From assembly GCA_036511515.1 (NCBI GenBank), contig DATCCB010000076.1, positions 2,482 through 66,481 of the forward strand: a stretch of DNA of 64,000 nucleotides, given 5' to 3'. Below the pieces are notes generated by a model. That model made no database searches. It was not told where the DNA came from and saw nothing but the letters and a program-made list of their open reading frames with translations. The stretch's first letter is position 1; the number at the start of each line of letters is the position of its first letter. Shown here piece by piece: positions 57,919 through 64,000 of this stretch. The position numbers were made by a program, and so were the translations under genes. Origin of the DNA: Caulobacteraceae bacterium. GTDB lineage: Bacteria; Pseudomonadota; Alphaproteobacteria; Caulobacterales; Caulobacteraceae.

Positions 57919-57941
57919 AGAATTGAGCGCCGCGCCGCTGT

Positions 57942-58634
57942 TCATTGCAGATTGTACCGATAAGGTTCGCAGCCCGGCGCCCAGCACGATTGCCATTGCT
58001 TGCGCGGGCCTGGGCCGGGGTCCGGCCAGCCATCGCCCGTCCAGCGGCTCCAGTCGGGATGCAGGCCAAGGTCGTCGCAGATCGCGGCTACCGCCTCCCT
58101 CAAAGGACGATGAACGAAAGCGTCGTAGCGCTCCCCCTCGGTGAGGCGCTCGTAGAGGACGTCGAGCATGTCCATGGCCGGATCGATGTCGTCGATCTCC
58201 CGGTTGACGACATCGAAGACCGCATCGCGAACCTTGTTGCGGTAGGCCGACGGGTAATCGCGCGGGAATAGCCGCCGGCGGCGGTCGTCCTCGTCCTCCT
58301 CATCGTCGGCGCTTTGCGCAGCGCGGCTCATGGCCGCGGTGACGAAGGCGCCCAGATCCTCTTCGACCTTGGCCTCGAGGGCCAGGGTCAGGCGAACGGC
58401 GCGCGACAGGCGGGCAAAGGCGTCAGCGGGATCCTGGCGCGGTCTGGGAGCGGGATTGGGGTTGGCAGCCTGCGCCTCTGGGTCCCGCGGCGTCTCCAGT
58501 GCGCGGCGGGTCAGCTCCCGCGTCAACGCCATGCCGAGCTCGGCCAGTTCCCGCAGCATGGCCAGGCGCTCCTCGGCCCGGGCGACGCGCGGATCGAGGG
58601 CTACGCTGGCGGCAGTCTCGGCGTGTTCCAACAT
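57942..58634 (-). CDS. Hypothetical helical protein
   Basis: LRELAELGM.L.R, FARLSRAVRLTLALE, acidic linker, ICDDLGLHPDW; coherent codon usage. Confidence 0.75.
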   Translation of the reverse strand: MLEHAETAASVALDPRVARAEERLAMLRELAELGMALTRELTRRALETPRDPEAQAANPNPAPRPRQDPADAFARLSRAVRLTLALEAKVEEDLGAFVTAAMSRAAQSADDEEDEDDRRRRLFPRDYPSAYRNKVRDAVFDVVNREIDDIDPAMDMLDVLYERLTEGERYDAFVHRPLREAVAAICDDLGLHPDWSRWTGDGWPDPGPGPRKQWQSCWAPGCEPYRYNLQ

Positions 58635-58742
58635 CAGCAGCAATATTGCATATTGCAATCTCCGTGTCAATCCCGAAGCGCCCTGATTCTTCCCCCTCTA
58701 CCTGCTAGGGATGCACACATCTCGAAGATCGGCCTCAAAACA

Positions 58743-58878
58743 CCTCTCCCATTGGGAGAGGGAGGGGCCCGCGCCCGCCAGGGCGTGGGACGGTGAGGGG
58801 TTACGCGGTCTGCAGTCTAACCCCTCATCTTCCCACCGCCTGCGGCGGCGGGCCCCTCCTTCTCCCTATGGGAGAAGG
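58743..58878. repeat. CIR-like long palindromic element (family C)
   Basis: CCTCTCCCATTGGGAGAGG...GGTGAGGGGTTA / TAACCCCTCA...CCTTCTCCCTATGGGAGAAGG symmetric arms. Confidence 0.85.
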
Positions 58879-58920
58879 TTTCTTGGGGCGCCCCGTGTCG
58901 ATATGTGAATCGGCTAGCCT

Positions 58921-59961
58921 CTACCTGGGGGAAGTGGCTCGGCGCGGCTTCGCGCCGGCGGCGGCGGTGTCGAAACATTCCGCCCCCCTGACCTCGACGG
59001 TCAGGTGCGACAGGGCGGAGAAGGCGGCCAGCTTTTCGCGATAGAAATCGACGTCGCGAGGGCCGCGAGAAATCACCGAGACGATGGCGCCCAGGTGTCC
59101 GGGCCCCAGGCGCCACAGGTGCAGGTCCGACAGTTCATCGCCCTCGGCCTCCACCGCGCCGCGCAACTCCGCCGCCAGCTTATTGTCCGGCGTCATGTCC
59201 AGGAGGATGGCGCCGGTATCGCGGATCAGGCCAAAGGACCAGCTGGCGATGACGCAGGCGCCGACGATGCCGGCCAGCGGATCCATCCACAGCCAGCCGA
59301 AGACCCGCGCCAGGGTCAGCCCGACGATAACCAGCACCGAAACCGCCGCATCGGCCATCACATGGATCACCGCGGCGCGCATGTTGTTGTCACGGTGGTG
59401 CGCCACGCCGTGCTGGTGATCATCGTCGTCGTGATCGTGGTCTTCGTGGGCATGGTCGTGGTGATGGCTGTGGCCGTGGCCGTGGTGATGCCCGTGGTCG
59501 CCGCCGCTGAGCAGCCAGGCGCTGGCGACATTGACCGCCAGGCCGACGCAGGCGATCGGGATCGCTTGGGCGAAATGGATCGGAACGGGCGCCATCAGCC
59601 GGCGAACCGCCTCATAGCCGATCAGGAGCGCGATCATCGCCAGGATGATGGCGCTGGTGAACCCGGCCAGGTCGCCGAGCTTGCCGGTGCCGAAAGAAAA
59701 GCGCGGGTCGGCGGCGTAGCGGCTGGCGAAGCTGTAGGCCAGGGCCGCGAGCAGCAAGGCCCCGGCGTGCGTCGACATGTGCAGCCCGTCGGCGATGAGC
59801 GCGATGGAGCCGAACAGCAGGCCGCCGGCGATCTCGGCGACCATCATCGCCCCGCACAGGGCGATGACGATCCACGCCCGCCGCGCATTGGCCGCGTGTG
59901 CGTCGCCCAGGAACACGTGGCTGTGGCCCTGTCTCAACGGAAACGAGGCGCTGGCGACCAT
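58921..59961 (-). CDS. dmeF: CDF family Co(II)/Ni(II) efflux transporter
   Basis: H.H.FLG..H, ALIADGLHMSTHAGA, FSFGTGK, His-rich loop, DNNMRAAVIHVMADA, DLHLWRLGPGH. Confidence 0.92.
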   Translation of the reverse strand: MVASASFPLRQGHSHVFLGDAHAANARRAWIVIALCGAMMVAEIAGGLLFGSIALIADGLHMSTHAGALLLAALAYSFASRYAADPRFSFGTGKLGDLAGFTSAIILAMIALLIGYEAVRRLMAPVPIHFAQAIPIACVGLAVNVASAWLLSGGDHGHHHGHGHSHHHDHAHEDHDHDDDDHQHGVAHHRDNNMRAAVIHVMADAAVSVLVIVGLTLARVFGWLWMDPLAGIVGACVIASWSFGLIRDTGAILLDMTPDNKLAAELRGAVEAEGDELSDLHLWRLGPGHLGAIVSVISRGPRDVDFYREKLAAFSALSHLTVEVRGAECFDTAAAGAKPRRATSPR

Positions 59962-60063
59962 GGGCGGTTTCCTATGCCTCACGATGGACGCGTGATTTTT
60001 AGACCCGCGGCCAGGTGAAAGTCGAACCGGGCACGGACTCCAGGCGCCGGGTTCATTTTTGAA

Positions 60064-60221
60064 AACGTCATGGCCGGGCTCTTGGAGTCCCGGCCATCCA
60101 TCAGCGTTATGGTTGCCGAAGGAGACGCCACCGTCCAAGGCGCTCGTTCTCCCGTGTTCGCGGAACTGTTCGAGGCGACCGATGATGGATGGCCGGGACC
60201 AAAGAGCCCGGCCAGGACGTT
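60064..60221. repeat. Inverted pair of CGTC-type REP-like elements (family D)
   Basis: CGTCATGGCCGGGCTCTTGGAGTCCCGGCCATCCA ... TGGATGGCCGGGACCAAAGAGCCCGGCCAGGACG. Confidence 0.85.
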
Positions 60222-60238
60222 CCGGGATGGCTGCGCCC

Positions 60239-61000
60239 TCAGAACCACGCCCTTACGCCGCCTGTCAGCCGCACGTCGCTGGACCGTTCGCCGGCGGCCT
60301 GGACGAAGTCGGCGGTGCGGCCGAATTTCTGTTGCCAGGTCACCCCGATGTACGGCGCGAACTTGCGGGCGATCTCGTAGCGCAGGCGTAGGCCGGCATC
60401 GAGGTCGGAGACGCCCGAGCCGATTTGCCGCTCGGGATCGTCCCGGCTGTAGATGTTAAGTTCGGCCTCGGGTTCGAGGACCAGGCGATTGGTCAGCAGC
60501 TGGTCGTAGGCGACCATCAGCTTGGCGGCCAGACGCCCTCCGCCGCCGACATATCCCGTGGCCGAGACCTTGACGAAATAGGGGGCGAGCCCCTCGATCC
60601 CGAAGGCCGCCCAGCCGCGGCCTGGACCGGAATCGAGATCGTAGCGGGCGCCCCCCTGCAGGTCGAAATAGGCGGTGATCGGGCGGTCGTAGAAGATTTC
60701 CTGCTGGCCGTCGCTTACCGTCCCGTGGCCATCGACCTCGCCTTCGCTCTTGATCCACAGCCGGTTCTGGTCGCTCCCGACCCAGGCCTCGCCTTCCCAG
60801 CGAAAGCCGTTGTCGGCGCCGCCGCCCAGACGTCCTTCAAGTTGGTCCAACGCGCCGTGCACATAGACCCGCTGATCACCGACCGGCGAGCCGAACGGGG
60901 CTGCAAGGTTGGCGCCCGCAGCCTCCTGAGCGTGGGCCCCGCACGGCACACACAGGCCAAGCAGGGCCATGGCCACGCAGCTGCCGCCGCCTGCGCTCAC
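60239..61000 (-). CDS. copB: Copper resistance outer-membrane protein B
   Basis: DQLE, W.G.D.NRLWIKSEGE, GLAPY, GLRLRYEI.RKFAPYIGV.W, GVRAWF. Confidence 0.93.
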   Translation of the reverse strand: MSAGGGSCVAMALLGLCVPCGAHAQEAAGANLAAPFGSPVGDQRVYVHGALDQLEGRLGGGADNGFRWEGEAWVGSDQNRLWIKSEGEVDGHGTVSDGQQEIFYDRPITAYFDLQGGARYDLDSGPGRGWAAFGIEGLAPYFVKVSATGYVGGGGRLAAKLMVAYDQLLTNRLVLEPEAELNIYSRDDPERQIGSGVSDLDAGLRLRYEIARKFAPYIGVTWQQKFGRTADFVQAAGERSSDVRLTGGVRAWF

Positions 61001-62787
61001 GCCACCAGCACCGTGCGGAACATGCCGGTCTCCATGTGATAGAGCAGATGGCAGTGGAAGGCCCAGCGTCCCGGCGTGTCGGCGATGAAGACGATGCCGA
61101 CCCGTTCGCCCGGCTTGACGTTGACGGTGTGCTTCAGCGGCAACTTGCCGGTGTTGCCGTTCTCGAGCGAGAACAGGAAGCCGTGCAGATGGATCGGGTG
61201 CTCCATCATCGTGTCGTTGATCAGCACGAACCGGACCGTCTCGCCCAGCCGCACGTCGATCGGCCCCGCCTGCGAGAACTTCTTTCCGTCAAAGCCCCAG
61301 GTCCAGCGCTGCATGTTGCCGGTCAGGTGGAACTCGATGTCGCGGTCGGCGGGGGGCGCTTCCTGGCCGGGCTTCAGCGCCTTGAGGTCGGCATAGACGA
61401 GCGTCCTGCGGTCCTCCGCCGCCAGTCCGGCGCCGGGCTCGTCCTGCCGATCCTGCGTTTCCATGGCGACATTGTCGACATTCACCCGGCCCGTCAGGCT
61501 TTTCGGATCGACGCGATCGGCGTTCGCCGCCGGGACCTTCGCGGCCGTCCCGCCGCCCATGTCCATGCCGGCCATGCTGTCCGCCGGCTTTTGCGCGTCC
61601 CCCATGTCCATGCCCGTCCTGTCCGATCCGGACATCTTCATTCCGCCCATGGCCATCCCGGCCATGCCCATATCGGCCATCGTCCGCAGAGGTCGGGGAT
61701 CCATGTGCGGGACGGGGGCCGACATTCCCGCGCGGGTGGCCAGGGTGGCGCGGGCGTAACCGGTCCGGTCCTCGGCCTGGGCGAAGATCGTGTAGGCCTG
61801 GTCCGCGCTGGGCGTGACGATGACGTCGTAGGTCTCCGCCACCCCGATCCGGAACTGATCGACCGCGACGGGCTCGACCTCGCTTCCATCGGCCGCGACG
61901 ATGGTCAAGGGCAGGCCCGGTATCCGCACATCGAAGGTCGACATGGCGGCGCTGTTGATGAACCGCAGCAGCACGCGCTCGCCGGGCGCGAACAGGGCAG
62001 TCCAGTTTGCCGCCGGCGGGCGGCCGTTGACCAGGAAGGTGTAGGTCGCCCCGGTGACGTCCATGATGTCGGTGGGGCTCATCCGCATCCTGCCCCACAT
62101 GGACCAGTCGGCCAGCGTCGCCTCGAAACCCTTGCGATGCGTGTCCGCGACGAAGGTTCCCAGGGTGCGCTGGTGAAAATTATAGTAGTCGCCCTGCTGT
62201 TTCAGGTTGGCGACTACGGCCATCGGGTCCTCGTCGGTCCAGTCCGAAAGCACGATGACGTATTCGCGGTCGAAGGCGTAGGGCGCCGCTTCCTTCGGCT
62301 CCAGGATGACGGGACCGTAAAGGCCGGTCTGCTCCTGCATGCCCGAATGGCTGTGGTACCAATAGGTCCCGCTCTGCACGATCGGAAAGCGGTAGGTGAA
62401 GGTCTCGCCGGGCATGATGCCTTTGAAAGTCAGGCCCGGCACGCCGTCCATGGCGTTGGGCAGGCGAAAGCCGTGCCAGTGAATGGACGTCGGCTCCGAT
62501 AGCGCGTTGGTGACGTCGATGGATACGTTATCCCCTGCGCGCAGGCGCAGCGTCGGTCCGGGAATCAGGCCGTTGACCGCCGTGGCCATGCGCCGCGTTC
62601 CGGTGATGTTGATCGGGACTTCGCCGATGGTCAGGGCGATATGCTCGCCGCTCAGCACGGCGGGTCCCGGCGCCAGGCCCTGCGCGCGAGTCCAGACCGG
62701 CGCGCCGAGGGCCGCCGCACCGCCCGCGAGCGCCAGACCTTGTACGAAGCGCCGGCGTGATGATCGCGACGATGCGCAAGCCGTCAT
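60997..62787 (-). CDS. copA: Copper resistance multicopper oxidase (Tat-exported)
   Basis: SRRRFV Tat signal; HWHG, WYHSH, HPIHLHG, HCHLLYHM; Met-rich insert. Confidence 0.96.
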   Translation of the reverse strand: MTACASSRSSRRRFVQGLALAGGAAALGAPVWTRAQGLAPGPAVLSGEHIALTIGEVPINITGTRRMATAVNGLIPGPTLRLRAGDNVSIDVTNALSEPTSIHWHGFRLPNAMDGVPGLTFKGIMPGETFTYRFPIVQSGTYWYHSHSGMQEQTGLYGPVILEPKEAAPYAFDREYVIVLSDWTDEDPMAVVANLKQQGDYYNFHQRTLGTFVADTHRKGFEATLADWSMWGRMRMSPTDIMDVTGATYTFLVNGRPPAANWTALFAPGERVLLRFINSAAMSTFDVRIPGLPLTIVAADGSEVEPVAVDQFRIGVAETYDVIVTPSADQAYTIFAQAEDRTGYARATLATRAGMSAPVPHMDPRPLRTMADMGMAGMAMGGMKMSGSDRTGMDMGDAQKPADSMAGMDMGGGTAAKVPAANADRVDPKSLTGRVNVDNVAMETQDRQDEPGAGLAAEDRRTLVYADLKALKPGQEAPPADRDIEFHLTGNMQRWTWGFDGKKFSQAGPIDVRLGETVRFVLINDTMMEHPIHLHGFLFSLENGNTGKLPLKHTVNVKPGERVGIVFIADTPGRWAFHCHLLYHMETGMFRTVLVA

Positions 62788-62859
62788 TTTTGCTGTTTCC
62801 TTGCGGCGGCGCCTTTGGAGGCCTCTATCATCTTGGTCCGCCGACTCATCCGATAGCCT

Positions 62860-63516
62860 ATGCGACCGGTCGCTTCAGCGCCACGGAGGCAAGCATTGAT
62901 CGATCTTCGCCGCCACCTGCCAAGCACCGCGTTTATCGCCATCGCCGCCGTGGTGTTCGCCGGTTTCGCGGGGATTTTCATCTACGCCGGCGTCTATGAC
63001 ATCGGCGCCGACGCTCCGCACATGGCCCCGACCTACTGGATCATCGAACATCTGCGCGATCGCTCGATCGCGGTTCGCGCCCGGGGCATCGCCGTCCCCG
63101 CCGATCTGAACGATCCAAAGCGCATCGCCGCCGGCGCCGGACTCTATGGCGACATGTGCAGCGGCTGCCATCTGGCGCCGGGCATGGAGAAAACCGAGAT
63201 CAGCCAGGGCCTCTATCCGCAAGCCCCCGAACTGGCCCGAGGGACCGACCTCTCGCCGGGCGAGGAATTCTGGATCATCAAGCATGGCGTCAAGCTGACC
63301 GGCATGGCCGCCTGGGGAAAGACGCATAACGATACGCTGATCTGGGACATGGTCGCCTTCCTGCGCGCCTTCCCCGCGCTTAACGCCGCGCAATACCAGG
63401 CGGCGGTGAAGAGCGCGCCGGCCGATCACGACGCGATGATGCATGACATGACGGGCAGCGGCGCCCCCATGCAACAGGCCATGCCCGCGGCGACGCGCGC
63501 GCGTCACAGCCGTTGA
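62860..63516 (+). CDS. Membrane-anchored c-type cytochrome (Cu-cluster associated)
   Basis: TM, GVYDIGAD.PH, CSGCH, GLYPQAPEL, IKHGVKLTGM.AWG; start may be TTG 62896. Confidence 0.88.
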   Translation: MRPVASAPRRQALIDLRRHLPSTAFIAIAAVVFAGFAGIFIYAGVYDIGADAPHMAPTYWIIEHLRDRSIAVRARGIAVPADLNDPKRIAAGAGLYGDMCSGCHLAPGMEKTEISQGLYPQAPELARGTDLSPGEEFWIIKHGVKLTGMAAWGKTHNDTLIWDMVAFLRAFPALNAAQYQAAVKSAPADHDAMMHDMTGSGAPMQQAMPAATRARHSR

Positions 63517-63538
63517 GCGACCCGCGGCGCCGCGCACT

Positions 63539-64000
63539 TCACAGCTTGACCGCTCGCAGCCGCAGCGCATTGCCGATTACGCTCACCGACGAGAGCGCCA
63601 TGGCCGCCGCGGCGATGGCCGGCGAGAGCAGCAGCCCGAACGCAGGGTAGAGCGCGCCCGCGGCGATCGGCACCCCGGCCACGTTGTAGATGAACGCGAA
63701 GGCGAGGTTCTGGCGGATGTTGGCCATCACCGCCCGCGAGAGGGTGCGCGCCCGCACCAGGCCCTCGAGGTCTCCCTTCAACAGGGTTATCCCGGCGCTC
63801 TCGATGGCCACATCCGCGCCCGCGCCCATGGCCACGCCGACATCGGCCGCCGCCAGCGCCGGGGCGTCGTTGACGCCATCGCCCGCCATGGCCACCACCC
63901 GGCCCTGCGCGCGCAGCTTTTCAACCACCGCCGCCTTGTCCTGGGGCAGGACGTCGGCCTCGATCTCATCCAGCCCCAGCCGTTTGGCCACCGCCTGAGC
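63539..64000 (-). CDS. Cu(I)-translocating P1B-type ATPase, C-terminal part (5' end outside window)
   Basis: [44 protein letters not shown]. Confidence 0.93.
   Translation of the reverse strand, partial: AQAVAKRLGLDEIEADVLPQDKAAVVEKLRAQGRVVAMAGDGVNDAPALAAADVGVAMGAGADVAIESAGITLLKGDLEGLVRARTLSRAVMANIRQNLAFAFIYNVAGVPIAAGALYPAFGLLLSPAIAAAAMALSSVSVIGNALRLRAVKL

Noticed and set aside
59410-59500. GTG/ATG-rich low-complexity repeat
   Set aside because: Encodes the normal His-rich loop of DmeF.

Overview
GC-rich alphaproteobacterial chromosomal segment. Gene content and CIR/REP-like repeats suggest Caulobacteraceae (inference). In order, it holds: a catabolic region (GH84 fragment, Rieske oxygenase, GH38 alpha-mannosidase, phosphonate monoester hydrolase, partial iol operon, HAD/FbaB, CysK); a radical-SAM/DUF2064 pair; and a ~17 kb protease-rich cell-envelope island. 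After the island come a 2667-aa Ig-like-repeat adhesin, a MazEF-type TA pair, a selD-mnmH selenium module at the end of an acyl-CoA operon with an embedded pyrE, and a metal-resistance cluster (dmeF, copAB, cytochrome c, P-type ATPase). The best candidate for an undescribed system is the minus-strand operon at 20834-27746. It encodes a membrane-anchored 608-aa protein built of ~45 'xQAFAAMAxx' decamers with a 17-repeat higher-order duplication, followed by three predicted proteases: an HEXXH-peptidase/propeller/barrel outer-membrane protein, a PrsW intramembrane protease and a TraB/GumN protein. This operon is divergent from a TpsB-TpsA-exported CHAT protease operon. Also notable is a palindromic intergenic-type repeat inserted in frame into the Rieske oxygenase N-terminus. 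No rRNA, tRNA, CRISPR array or transposase was recognised. All calls are from motif recognition by eye; no searches were run.
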